Source of the DNA: an uncultured Sphingomonadales bacterium
GTDB lineage: Bacteria > Pseudomonadota > Alphaproteobacteria > Sphingomonadales > Sphingomonadaceae
Length of the DNA: 64,000 nucleotides
Assembly (NCBI GenBank): GCA_964022135.1
Contig: CAXIBD010000009.1
Span: 491-64,490, forward strand
Reading direction: 5' to 3'
Shown: positions 1-9,633 of the stretch, one piece after another
Layout: each line of letters opens with the position of its first letter
Position numbering within the stretch: position 1 is the first letter of the stretch
Program-made: the position numbers and the translations under genes
The notes under the pieces: model-generated
Database searches by the model: none
What the model saw: the letters and a program-made list of their open reading frames with translations, nothing else
Told to the model about the DNA's origin: nothing

Positions 1-1134
1 TCCCTCCGGCGCATCGGGAATGCCGTCGAGATCGCCGCCCAGACCGACATGATCGGGACCGGCCACCCTGGCGATATAGTCGATATGGTCGGCGACCATG
101 GCGATGGTGGTGCGCGGCATCGGATGGGTCTTCTGCCATACGGCCAGCGCGGCAGCGGCCTTGTCAGGCTGGCCGATATAAAGCCCGCCATAGGGCGGCG
201 CGCTGAGCAGCGTCTTCTGCGCGGCCAGCTCCGCGTCCCAGTGCCGCCGGGCTTCCGAGACATAGCCGGGATAGAAATTGACCATCACGATCCCGCCATT
301 CTGCACCAGCGTCCCGAGCACATCATCGGGCACGTTGCGCGGATGATCCGCAACGCCGCGCGCACCGGAATGGGAGAAGATGACCGGTGCGCGGGTGATC
401 GCCAGCGCGTCCTTCATCGTGTCCGGCGAGACATGGCTGAGGTCGACAAGCATGCCGAGCCGGTTCATCTCGCGCACGATCTGTTCACCGAAGGGCGTCA
501 GTCCGCCGTGAACCGGAGCGTCGGTCGCCGAATCCGCCCATTCGGTATTGGAAGAATGGGTCAGGGTCATATAGCGCGCGCCGAGCGCATACATCTGCCG
601 CAGCACCGCCAGCGATCCGCCGATCTGATGGCCACCCTCGATACCGATCAGCGAGGCAATCCTGCCCGCTTTCTCATCCCGCACAACATCGTCTGCGGTC
701 AGGGCAAGCGCCAGACTTTCGGGATAGGCGGCGACCATCTGCTTGACCAGATCGATCTGCTCGATGGTCATTTCGACCGCTTCCGGTCCTTTCACCGACA
801 CGGGAATCCAGACCGACCAGAATTGCCCGCCGACATGGCCGGCGCGCAGGCGCGGGATGTCGGTCATCAGCGGAATCGCGTCCGGCGTGTCTTCCGGCAG
901 CGGCAGCCCGGCGGTGTCGCTCGCCAGATCGACCTTGGAAAAATCACTGTCGAACCGGTCGCGCAATTCCCACGGCAGGTCGTTATGGCCATCGATCACG
1001 GGATGGGCGCTGAGCACCCGTTCCACGCGCGCTGCGATCGCCGGGTCGTCAATCGCCGGCTGGGCCTGCGCCATCACCGGCAGCAGCAACAGGGCGGCGA
1101 CGCTTCCCGAGATCTTCAAATGCAGTAAACTCAT
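1..1134 (-). CDS. membrane (renal-type) dipeptidase, peptidase family M19; C-terminal end runs off the left edge
   Basis: Absent from the ORF track because there is no stop in the window. Reverse-strand translation from ATG 1134..1132 gives [24 protein letters not shown] (signal peptide), then [49 protein letters not shown]. The frame stays open to position 1, and the ATG overlaps the TGA of the upstream gene (ATGA). Confidence 0.85.
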   Translation of the reverse strand, partial: MSLLHLKISGSVAALLLLPVMAQAQPAIDDPAIAARVERVLSAHPVIDGHNDLPWELRDRFDSDFSKVDLASDTAGLPLPEDTPDAIPLMTDIPRLRAGHVGGQFWSVWIPVSVKGPEAVEMTIEQIDLVKQMVAAYPESLALALTADDVVRDEKAGRIASLIGIEGGHQIGGSLAVLRQMYALGARYMTLTHSSNTEWADSATDAPVHGGLTPFGEQIVREMNRLGMLVDLSHVSPDTMKDALAITRAPVIFSHSGARGVADHPRNVPDDVLGTLVQNGGIVMVNFYPGYVSEARRHWDAELAAQKTLLSAPPYGGLYIGQPDKAAAALAVWQKTHPMPRTTIAMVADHIDYIARVAGPDHVGLGGDLDGIPDAPEG

Positions 1135-2720
1135 TGCTCTTCGCCCGCTGGTACAAAATTGAGATGGTGATAGTCGAAACTGAAATCGGCGATCGGCGAT
1201 ACCGCCTTGGCGGTGATGCCTGTTACTTCACCAGCCGCCCCGATTGCAAATGTCAGATAGGCAGGCTCGATCGACGGGTCGTCAAATTCGGTGACGAACG
1301 TGTCATATTGCCAATGTTTCAACCGTCCGTTCATCCCCGGCGTCGTGGCGAAATTGACCTTCAGCCCCTTGCCCGCAGCCGAGACAAGCAGCTTGCCATA
1401 CCATGGGTCAACATAGGTGCCGGCATAGCGGTCAACCGGGAGGGATGGACCGACAGCGACCGGCTCTGCTCTCGCCGCGGTGACCACAGCCGCCGCTGCG
1501 GCCAGTCTTTCATCAAGATAGCTGCCGAATTTTTCCGGCCAGTCCTGGGGCGGCTGATCGAGATAATGGTCGAGCAGTTCGTACATCAGGCCATAGCGCG
1601 GCTCGATATCCTCGGCATTTACCTCGATCGCGAAACCGACGTTTTTCTCGGGGATCAGCACCACGATCGAGGTAAATCCGAACAGGCCACCTGCATGCCA
1701 GACGATCTGCGTGCCATGATAGTCCTGAACCTGCCAGCCCAGCGCATAGGCCTGGTAGGTAGGTGTCATGCCCTCAAGACCCTTGCGGGGTGGAGCAATC
1801 GGCATCGGGGTTACCGGCTTCCACATTTCGCGACCGGCGTCATCACTGAACAATCTCCCGCCTTCGGGTGTCGCTCCGTGGGCCAGCTGGATCTGCAGCC
1901 AGCGCGCCATGTCATTGGCGCTCATCGCGATCATGCCGGCGGGCGCCGCCGCGCGACCCAGCTGGTCGCGTTCGTCGAGCAGCTTCTGGTCGCTGAGACC
2001 GCGCACGACGCCGCCGACCCGGCCGTGCGGATAGGCGCGGTTGGCATTGCCGAAATGCGCGGCATCGGTGGCGGCACCGCTCTTCAGGCCGGCGGGCGCG
2101 AACACATGGTCATGCATATAGTCTTCCCAGCTCTGGCCGCTGACCTCCTCGACCAGCTGGCCGGCAACCGCGTAGAGGATATTGTCATAGGCATAGCCGC
2201 TGCGAAAGCTGGTATCGGGCTTGATATAGCGCAGGCGCCGGACCAGTTCCTCGCGCGATATGTCGCCGCGCGGCACATAGAGCAGGTCGCCTGCCCCGAG
2301 CGGCAGGCCGCTGCGATGGACCAGCAGATCGCGCACCGTCATTTCGCGGGTTACCCAGGAATCGTACATCTGGAACCAGGGCATATGATCGATGACCGGG
2401 TCATCCCAGCCGATCTTGCCGGCGTCGACCAGCGTCGCCAGGGCAGCGCTGGTAAAGGCCTTGCCGGTCGAGCCGATCATGAAGATCGTATCGGCATCGA
2501 CCTTGGCATCGGTGCCGATCTTGCGAATGCCATAGCCTTTGGCGAGCGTGACTTCGCCATTTTCCACAATGGCGATCGCTACACCGGGCGTTCCTGCATC
2601 CTTGCGGACCTCTTCGACATGGCTGTCGAAATTGGCCGGCGGCGCGGCGAGCGCCGGCAGGGATGCTGCGCAGGTCGCAACCGCAACTGCGGAGAGCAAG
2701 ACGGGACGAAGATCAAACAT
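1131..2720 (-). CDS. secreted serine hydrolase, beta-lactamase / peptidase S12 family (D-aminopeptidase or DD-peptidase-like)
   Basis: ORF 1131..2756, trimmed to ATG 2720 (GGAG about 7 nt upstream; 4 nt after the stop of the upstream gene). Signal peptide [25 protein letters not shown]; SxxK motif in [10 protein letters not shown]. Confidence 0.8.
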   Translation of the reverse strand: MFDLRPVLLSAVAVATCAASLPALAAPPANFDSHVEEVRKDAGTPGVAIAIVENGEVTLAKGYGIRKIGTDAKVDADTIFMIGSTGKAFTSAALATLVDAGKIGWDDPVIDHMPWFQMYDSWVTREMTVRDLLVHRSGLPLGAGDLLYVPRGDISREELVRRLRYIKPDTSFRSGYAYDNILYAVAGQLVEEVSGQSWEDYMHDHVFAPAGLKSGAATDAAHFGNANRAYPHGRVGGVVRGLSDQKLLDERDQLGRAAAPAGMIAMSANDMARWLQIQLAHGATPEGGRLFSDDAGREMWKPVTPMPIAPPRKGLEGMTPTYQAYALGWQVQDYHGTQIVWHAGGLFGFTSIVVLIPEKNVGFAIEVNAEDIEPRYGLMYELLDHYLDQPPQDWPEKFGSYLDERLAAAAAVVTAARAEPVAVGPSLPVDRYAGTYVDPWYGKLLVSAAGKGLKVNFATTPGMNGRLKHWQYDTFVTEFDDPSIEPAYLTFAIGAAGEVTGITAKAVSPIADFSFDYHHLNFVPAGEEQ

Positions 2721-3855
2721 GGGAAGGCTCCTGGGTTGAAGGAGAGGAAAGGACATTGCCCCGGCGCAGTCGCCAGATACCGACGGTCAGCAGGGGAATG
2801 ACGAAAATCGCGAACATGATATAACCAAAGGCGCCATATCCCTGGGCGATCAGCGAGATCAGGCCGAAGCGCGCCGCGAGAAAGCCGGAGCCGGTCAGCA
2901 GGATGGCCCCGACCACGAACCGGAACAGCGGCGGATATTGCCGGTCATTTCGCGCCGCAAGCGCTCCGCCGATACGTTCGTGCACGACATTGACCGCGCC
3001 GACCCCAGTCTCCAGCAGCGCGATGAAGATCATCAGCTGAAAGAAAAAGGCGAACCAGGGTGCGTCCAGCTGCCGCAGCAGGAAGTCGGAGGGCAAGGCC
3101 TCGTCCGATATCGCCGGATAGAAGGCCACCATGCACAGGAAGAAGATCAGCGCCGGCGCCATGGTCAGGGGCCCGGCCAGCGCTCCGGCGATCACCGCAT
3201 CCCGGCGGTTCGTCAGATGGCGAATGAACGGCAGGACGGCAATCGCCGCCACGACATTATAGCTGGCATAAGTCAGGCCGTTGAAGATCCAGCCGGCCTG
3301 CAGCGGCGCTGCGCTGATCTGCGCCGGGATGCGGTCGCCAAAGCTGGTCAGGGCGAGGATCAGGAAAACGGCATAGACGGCATAGAGCAGAAAGGATGTG
3401 ATGCGGAACATCCGTTCCGCCGCGTTGCTGCCGAAACTCGTGACCAGCGCGATCAGCCCGATCAGGGCCAGCGACCCGGCCAGCAGCGGCCAGGCAAACA
3501 GCGCCTGCCCGATCTCTCCGGCTGCCGCCGACATCACCGCCAGAATCAGCACCAGGAACAGGATATAGACAATCTCGAAGACCGGCCATGCCGGGCCGAG
3601 CAGCGACTTGAACAGGGCGCGATATTCATAGGCCCCCAGCTGCTGCGACAGCGCGAAGGCGACCATGCACACGATACTCCACAGGATCATGGCCAGCAGC
3701 ATGCCGAGCAGGCCGCCCCATGGACCGACGCTGAGGAAAAACTCGATCAGCTCGCGCCCGGTGGCATAGCCTCCGCCGATGACAACTGCCTTGAACGCGA
3801 GTCCGGGAAGCAACCGACGCTGAAACCAGCTGGCGGGTGTCCCGGCATCCATCAT
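2713..3855 (-). CDS. YkvI-family polytopic membrane protein (putative transporter)
   Basis: ORF 2713..3939, trimmed to ATG 3855, which overlaps the TGA of the upstream gene. About 10 hydrophobic segments; the N-terminal block AFKAVVIGGGYATGRELIEFF resembles the YkvI family. Confidence 0.6.
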   Translation of the reverse strand: MMDAGTPASWFQRRLLPGLAFKAVVIGGGYATGRELIEFFLSVGPWGGLLGMLLAMILWSIVCMVAFALSQQLGAYEYRALFKSLLGPAWPVFEIVYILFLVLILAVMSAAAGEIGQALFAWPLLAGSLALIGLIALVTSFGSNAAERMFRITSFLLYAVYAVFLILALTSFGDRIPAQISAAPLQAGWIFNGLTYASYNVVAAIAVLPFIRHLTNRRDAVIAGALAGPLTMAPALIFFLCMVAFYPAISDEALPSDFLLRQLDAPWFAFFFQLMIFIALLETGVGAVNVVHERIGGALAARNDRQYPPLFRFVVGAILLTGSGFLAARFGLISLIAQGYGAFGYIMFAIFVIPLLTVGIWRLRRGNVLSSPSTQEPSHV

Positions 3856-4919
3856 TCGGCGAGACAGCTTTCCACAAGAGCCGCCAATTTGGCGCCACCC
3901 CGCATCGGATCGGCGACCGGCATGTTCAGCCGGGCGCATTCGCGATCGAGCAACCGGTCGGCCTCGACCGCGTCAAGATGCGCGGTGTTGATGCTCACGC
4001 CGCCACAGCGAATGGCGGGATTGGTCCTGCGTCCCAGCATGAGATTCAATTCGATGGCCTCCTCGAGCGAGGGCAAGGGATAATGTTCGAGACCGAGAAT
4101 ATTTTTCCGGCCGGCCTGGTGACATAGCACGATAACATCCGGCTGGCTGCCATGCAGCAGCCCCGTCGAAACCCCGGCATAGGCAGGGTGGAACAGCGAT
4201 CCCTGCCCCTCGATGACATCCCAGTGCCGATCCTCGGCATCGGGGCTGAGCAATTCGGCTGCGCCGGCGAGAAAGTCGGCGACGACGGCATCAATGGGTA
4301 TGCCGCTGCCGGCAATCATGATCCCGGTCTGGCCGGTCGCGCGAAAGTCGCAGGCGAGCCCTTTGTCGGCAAACGCCCTGGCCAGGGCAAGCGCCGTATA
4401 TTTTTTTCCCAGTGCACAATCCGTGCCCACCGTCAGCAAACGCTTGCCGCTGCGCTTGCGCCCGGTGCCGACCGGAATGTCGGCCGGTGGCGACCGCACG
4501 TCAATCAGGCTGCGCCCCAGGCTTTCGGCCAGATGGCGCAGCTTCAGATTGCTCGCGAGCGGAGAATGCATGCCGCTGATCAGATCGAGACCCGCAGTCA
4601 GCGCTTCCGCCATTGCCGGCAGCCAGCTCGCCGGGACAATGCCCCCCGGATTGGCCACGCCGATAACCATCGACCGGGCGCCAGCCGCATAGGCCTGCGC
4701 GGGCGTCATGGCCGGCAGTTCGGTCGAGACGGTAGAATCCGGCAGGCAGTACTCGCCAATGCATTTGTCTCCCGCCCAGTCGCGCAAACCGAAGGCGGTC
4801 TTTGCGAATCCGGGTTCGGTCGTGTCACCCAGAAAAAGCAGATAGGGTCCGGGAAGCGTCGGTGCTGAATCGCGCGGTCGCCATCGGCTTTCCGCCGCCA
4901 TTGTGGTCGCTGCTTTCAT
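3852..4919 (-). CDS. dgcN: DUF1611 family protein, DgcN-like (D-glutamate N-acetyltransferase family)
   Basis: 355 aa with LLTVGTDCALGKKYTALALARA (P-loop-like block typical of DUF1611). An enolase-superfamily epimerase lies in the same locus. Confidence 0.6.
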   Translation of the reverse strand: MKAATTMAAESRWRPRDSAPTLPGPYLLFLGDTTEPGFAKTAFGLRDWAGDKCIGEYCLPDSTVSTELPAMTPAQAYAAGARSMVIGVANPGGIVPASWLPAMAEALTAGLDLISGMHSPLASNLKLRHLAESLGRSLIDVRSPPADIPVGTGRKRSGKRLLTVGTDCALGKKYTALALARAFADKGLACDFRATGQTGIMIAGSGIPIDAVVADFLAGAAELLSPDAEDRHWDVIEGQGSLFHPAYAGVSTGLLHGSQPDVIVLCHQAGRKNILGLEHYPLPSLEEAIELNLMLGRRTNPAIRCGGVSINTAHLDAVEADRLLDRECARLNMPVADPMRGGAKLAALVESCLAE

Positions 4920-4922
4920 CCA

Positions 4923-7265
4923 TCAATACTCGGCGGTCAATGCCAGACCAAAGGAGCGCGGCCGGATAATGCCGGTGCCGATTGCGCCGTTGGGCAAAAC
5001 CGGCAGACCATTGGAATTGAGCGATGCAATCGAAGTCTTCCCGTCGCTGTTGCCGAGGTTTCGGACAAAGCCTTCGAGCTTGAACTGGCCGAAGTCAAGA
5101 CCGGCGCGCAGGTCGATCACCTCATAGGACGGAAGCTGGCGTTGCCGACCATTGGCCGCGCGATAGGCCCCGTCAAAGGCTCCCGACTGTTTGGACAGGA
5201 AGCGCATGGAACCGCCGACCGAGGCGGTAACCCGGTCGCTGAGCGCCCATTCATAGTCGCCGTTCAGGCTGATGCTGTATTTCGGGGTGAAGGGCAGATC
5301 ATCGCCCTTGATCCCGCCAACCAGATTGGCACCGGGGACGCCATTGGTGACCACGACCGTATCATCGGTGAGACGGGCGTTGGTATAGGCACCATTGATC
5401 GAAAGGTTGAGGCCCGGCGTGGGGCGCGCGGTGGCGGTAAATTCGAGACCGTCGCTCTTCGCTCCGGGTCCGTTGGTATTGACATTGAAATTGCCGATCG
5501 CGGCGATCAGCTGAACATTGTTCCAGTCGATATGGTAAGCGGCTGCCTCGATGCTGAAACTGTTGTCGAGCGTTGTCGCCTTGACCCCCACTTCATAGCT
5601 GAGCACCGTATCGGAATCGAACGTCTGCACGCTGGCCGGGGCTCCCGGTGCCAGAGCGTTCGGTCCGCCGGGGCGGAAGCCCTTCGCGACCCGGGCATAG
5701 ATAGAAGCATTGTCCCCAAATTTGAATTTCGGCGCGACCGAATAGGTGAAGACATTTTCCGAAGAGTTCTGGCTGGCCGTAGTCATGCCTCCCGCCAGCG
5801 GACCGTCGGTGCCCTGCACTGCATTCTGGTTGTTGTGGCTGTAGCGGCCGCCTAAATCGATGTCGAACCGGTCGCCGAGATGCACCGTGGCATTGGCAAA
5901 GCCGGCGATTTCCTCATATTCGGAATCGAGCGTGGCGATGGCCAGCGTACCCAGCGCATCGATGCGGTTCAGCGTGCCCTGGGTGACCGGGATGAACTCC
6001 TGATCGATCAGGCCCTTTTCCTTGGTGTAATAGCCGCCAACGATCCAGTCGATAAAGCTGCTTTCCGAGGATGCCAGCCGCACTTCCTGCGTGAATTTCT
6101 TCGCCCGGGTGGTCTGATTCAGATAGATCTGGTCGGGAAACAGGCCGAGCGCGGTGCTCAGGTTGAACGACAGGTCGTCGCGGAACTGCTGCTCGAGCGT
6201 GGCATAGCTGGAAGACGAGGTGAGCGTCGCGAAGCCGAAATCATAGTCGATCACACCGTTATAGACACGGTAGCTGACGTCGCTTGCCGGCGATACGAAA
6301 AGCGACTGGGTCGGCCGTCCGAACAGCGTTTCCAGCGTATCGGGATCGCTCTCCACCGACGACGGGGCGTCTGCCTCGAAATTCTGCAGGATGGCGCTCA
6401 GCCGAACGGACAGAGAGTCGTCGGGCGTGAATTTCAGCGATGCCCGACCGCCGTAGGATCGGGTGCCATTGATATTGTCTTCCTTGCGCGAGGTGAACGT
6501 GGAACCGAACAAATCCATCGAGCTCGAGCCGATCGAGTCAATGAAGCCGCCCTGCCTGCGATAGGTGCCGGACGCGCGGAATGCCAGCGTATCGCCCAGC
6601 GGCACGTTGATGACGGCGTTCCCCGCATAGGAAATGTCACCACCCTTTACCGCTTCCACGGAACCACGGACCCGGCCGATAAACTGCGTCGCATCGGGTT
6701 CGTTGGTGACGAACTTGACCACGCCGCCGAGCGAACTGGCGCCGTAGATCGTGCCCTGGGGCCCGCGCAGAACTTCGACCCGGGCAACATCGAACGTGTC
6801 GAAATCGCCTGCCAGAATCGCCCCGTTTACCAGACCGCTGCTGGACCCGAATGGCGTTTCGTCGACATAGGTGGCAACCGTCGACGCCACGCCGCCGGTA
6901 TTGACGCCGCGAATGACCAGCCGGCCAAATCCCGGCGTGTCCTGCACAAGCTGCAGGCCCGGAACGAGGTTCAGATAATCCTGAAAGGAGGATGCCTGCT
7001 GCGATTCAAGCGTGTCGCCGGAAACGACCGAAATGGACTGGGGCACATCGACCAGAGTCTGCTCGCGCTTTTGCGCGGTGACAATGATGATGCCGGAATT
7101 TCTTGCTGTCGCCTGATCCACATCGTCGGCCTGCTCCTGCGACCATGCAGCTCCGCTCCAGAGCAGGGCAACGAGCGCCGTCGACATGCCGGCGGTACGA
7201 AGACCGCCGCTGGTCAGCGCGGTTGCGGCTTTTTTGTTAATATGCAATTTTGATCCCCAAAGCAT
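4923..7265 (-). CDS. TonB-dependent receptor
   Basis: 780 aa. Long signal peptide, plug block IIIVTAQKREQTLVDVPQSISVVSGD, beta-barrel repeats, aromatic C-terminal residue (..LTAEY). Confidence 0.9.
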   Translation of the reverse strand: MLWGSKLHINKKAATALTSGGLRTAGMSTALVALLWSGAAWSQEQADDVDQATARNSGIIIVTAQKREQTLVDVPQSISVVSGDTLESQQASSFQDYLNLVPGLQLVQDTPGFGRLVIRGVNTGGVASTVATYVDETPFGSSSGLVNGAILAGDFDTFDVARVEVLRGPQGTIYGASSLGGVVKFVTNEPDATQFIGRVRGSVEAVKGGDISYAGNAVINVPLGDTLAFRASGTYRRQGGFIDSIGSSSMDLFGSTFTSRKEDNINGTRSYGGRASLKFTPDDSLSVRLSAILQNFEADAPSSVESDPDTLETLFGRPTQSLFVSPASDVSYRVYNGVIDYDFGFATLTSSSSYATLEQQFRDDLSFNLSTALGLFPDQIYLNQTTRAKKFTQEVRLASSESSFIDWIVGGYYTKEKGLIDQEFIPVTQGTLNRIDALGTLAIATLDSEYEEIAGFANATVHLGDRFDIDLGGRYSHNNQNAVQGTDGPLAGGMTTASQNSSENVFTYSVAPKFKFGDNASIYARVAKGFRPGGPNALAPGAPASVQTFDSDTVLSYEVGVKATTLDNSFSIEAAAYHIDWNNVQLIAAIGNFNVNTNGPGAKSDGLEFTATARPTPGLNLSINGAYTNARLTDDTVVVTNGVPGANLVGGIKGDDLPFTPKYSISLNGDYEWALSDRVTASVGGSMRFLSKQSGAFDGAYRAANGRQRQLPSYEVIDLRAGLDFGQFKLEGFVRNLGNSDGKTSIASLNSNGLPVLPNGAIGTGIIRPRSFGLALTAEY

Positions 7266-7290
7266 GTCTTTTCCCCATTTATCACTATTA

Positions 7291-7308
7291 TTGTCCTGAT
7301 TAGGACAA
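7291..7308. promoter_or_regulatory. palindromic operator TTGTCCTGATTAGGACAA upstream of the TonB-dependent receptor gene
   Basis: Perfect 7-bp arms around GATT, 26 nt upstream of the receptor start. Its 12-mer core GTCCTGATTAGG recurs at 11713..11724. Confidence 0.6.
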
Positions 7309-7315
7309 TTAACAC

Positions 7316-8626
7316 CTAATTAGACAATCTGTCAATCGGTAAAACCGGCGGCTGAAGGGACTCGTCATGCTCGGCAATGACCCGCGCCGCCGTCGGTGAG
7401 AGCATGTAGAGGATCACGGCCGAGGCGGTCGCGATGGCCGCGAGAATCATGAAGAAAACGGGGCGATCAAACACGCTCCACAAAGTTCCGACCAGTCCCG
7501 CTGCCAGACTGCCGCTGAAAATGGTGAGATACCAGGCCGCAACGGTCGTGGCCCCGAAGCGCGGCGGGGCCAGCCGGGCGAACAGGCCCAGGCCATTGGG
7601 CAGGATGTAGAGTTCGCCCAATGTGAAAATCGCGAAAAAGGCAACCAGCCACAATGCATTGGCGGGCGCATCGCCGCTGATCAGGGAAGCGGCCGCGAGC
7701 ACGACATAGGCGCTGGCGACGATCAGGGCGCCGATAGCCATCTTGACGATCGGCTCATGCTCCTTGCCATCCGCCGCACGGCGCTGCCAATGGGCCAAAA
7801 GCAAGGGCGTCATGAGAATGACCAGCATGGGGTTGAGCGACTGGAACCAGGTCATCGGGACGGTCAATCCGCCGACGATCCGGTCAACGCCGGTATCGGC
7901 CCACAGCGCTACCGTATTGCCGACCTGCTCGTAGGCGCCCCGGAAGACCGTGACCGCGAGCCCGATACCGAGCAGGAACAGATAGGGCTTGGCGCCGCCG
8001 GTCCGCCTGGTGTCCGCGGCGGAGGAAAAGCGGCTCTTCTCTTCCGGCAGATATTTGCCCCCGACCAGATAGATCACGAGGCCGATGAACATGCCGACCC
8101 CTGCAGCACCGAAGCCCCAGTGCCATCCATAGACCTCGCCCAGCGTCCCGCAGACCAGAGGCGCCAGAAATCCGCCGATGTTGATCCCGACATAATAGAC
8201 ATTATAGGCCCAGGGCCGGCGCGGGTCGCCGGGGCCGTAGAGATCGTTGATCTGGCTGGGCAGGGTGGGCAGAAACAGGCCGTTGCCCAGCGCGATCGTG
8301 GCAAGCGCGATATACAGCATCGGCTCGAAGGCCATCATGAAATGCCCGGTCGCCATGATGCTGGCACCGATGATCACGGCCTTGCGCTTGCCCAGCCAGC
8401 GATCGGCAATTGCCCCGCCGATGATCGGGGTGAAATAGGCAAAGGCGGTGTAGCTGCCATATATGAACGACGAGGTCTGCTGGTTAATCAGCAGTTCCTT
8501 GGTCATGTAATAGATGAGCAGCGCCCGCATCCCGAAGTAGGAAAACTGCTCCCACATGTTGGTGAGGAACAATATGGTCAGGCCGCGCGGCTGACCAAAC
8601 CAGGTCTTTTCGGTGCCAGCCGTCAT
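7316..8626 (-). CDS. POT/PTR2 family di-/tripeptide:proton symporter
   Basis: ORF 7316..8878, trimmed to ATG 8626 (MTAGTEKTWFGQPRGL), 2 nt after the stop of the upstream gene. POT signature MWEQFSYFGMRALLIYYM. Confidence 0.85.
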   Translation of the reverse strand: MTAGTEKTWFGQPRGLTILFLTNMWEQFSYFGMRALLIYYMTKELLINQQTSSFIYGSYTAFAYFTPIIGGAIADRWLGKRKAVIIGASIMATGHFMMAFEPMLYIALATIALGNGLFLPTLPSQINDLYGPGDPRRPWAYNVYYVGINIGGFLAPLVCGTLGEVYGWHWGFGAAGVGMFIGLVIYLVGGKYLPEEKSRFSSAADTRRTGGAKPYLFLLGIGLAVTVFRGAYEQVGNTVALWADTGVDRIVGGLTVPMTWFQSLNPMLVILMTPLLLAHWQRRAADGKEHEPIVKMAIGALIVASAYVVLAAASLISGDAPANALWLVAFFAIFTLGELYILPNGLGLFARLAPPRFGATTVAAWYLTIFSGSLAAGLVGTLWSVFDRPVFFMILAAIATASAVILYMLSPTAARVIAEHDESLQPPVLPIDRLSN

Positions 8627-8628
8627 GG

Positions 8629-9633
8629 TCAGGCCGGCGTTCCGGAACCCCAGATATTGGCGGCACAGGTCACCAGGCCATCTGCATATTCTATCGAGGG
8701 CTTGCGGTCCTCGGTCAGAAAAATCGGACCATCGAGATCGACCACGGCGCAAAGCTGGCCCAGCACATAGGCAGGGGCCATGGCGAGGCTGGTACCAACC
8801 ATATTGCCTACCATCACGCCCAGACCGAGCTCGCTTGCCGCCCGCGCCATCGCCAGGCCTTCGGTCAGGCCGCCGCATTTGTCGAGCTTGATATTCACAA
8901 TGTCGAACCGCCCGACCAGCCCTTCAACATCCTGCAAGGACAGGGCGGATTCGTCCGCAGCAACGGGGATCGGCGAATGGAAACCGTCCAGCGCATCCTC
9001 GGCACCGCGCGCAAAAGGCTGCTCGAGCAAGCAGACACCACAATCTTCCAGCGCTTCCAATACCGGTCCAATGGTATCGCGGGAATAACCCTGATTGGCG
9101 TCCACAGCCAGCCACACCTCCGGCCGCGCCGCGCGGATCGCCTCGACGCGCGCGATATCCTCCGCCACGTCACCGGTCAGCTTGATCTTGATCCGCTTTG
9201 CATGGCTGTAATTCTTGGCACCTTCTGCCATTTTCTCGGGCGTGTCGGCGCCCAGCGTGAACGTGGTTTCCAGCGGGTGGGGCGCGGACAGGCCGGCCAG
9301 CTGCCATACGGGCATCCCCGCCTCTGCTGCTTCCAGCTCCCACATCGCGCAATCCAGGGCGTTGCGCGCGCCGCAGGGCGGCAGCAACGATTGCAAGGCC
9401 ATCCGGTCCGCACCGCTTTCGATCTGTGAACGCACGCCCTCGATGGTGGCAACCATCGCCTGCGCATCCTCGGCAAGATAATAGACCCCCGATGCTTCGC
9501 CACGTCCGACATGCCGGCCTCTGGTCAGGGTCACCACCACCACGTCGTGCGACGTGAACACATGGCCCGATATCCGGAATGGCGTGGCAAGCTTGAGTGG
9601 TTCGATTGCGACGTTGAGCTGGACCGCCGACAT
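8629..9633 (-). CDS. dgcA: enolase-superfamily dipeptide epimerase / N-acetyl-D-Glu racemase (DgcA-like, L-Ala-D/L-Glu epimerase family)
   Basis: ORF 8629..9720, trimmed to ATG 9633 (ATGA overlap with the upstream stop). KxK block RIKIKLTG, metal ligands in AVDANQGY / LLEQP / AADES, second Lys in NIKLDKCGG. Confidence 0.7.
   Translation of the reverse strand: MSAVQLNVAIEPLKLATPFRISGHVFTSHDVVVVTLTRGRHVGRGEASGVYYLAEDAQAMVATIEGVRSQIESGADRMALQSLLPPCGARNALDCAMWELEAAEAGMPVWQLAGLSAPHPLETTFTLGADTPEKMAEGAKNYSHAKRIKIKLTGDVAEDIARVEAIRAARPEVWLAVDANQGYSRDTIGPVLEALEDCGVCLLEQPFARGAEDALDGFHSPIPVAADESALSLQDVEGLVGRFDIVNIKLDKCGGLTEGLAMARAASELGLGVMVGNMVGTSLAMAPAYVLGQLCAVVDLDGPIFLTEDRKPSIEYADGLVTCAANIWGSGTPA

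Noticed and set aside
49-8770. Long plus-strand ORFs on the track (49..1128, 1134..2801, 2938..4083, 5880..7253, 7757..8770)
   Set aside because: All lie antisense to well-supported minus-strand genes. Their translations are Arg/Gly/Pro/His-rich low-complexity strings typical of mirror frames in GC-rich DNA, and none shows a family motif.
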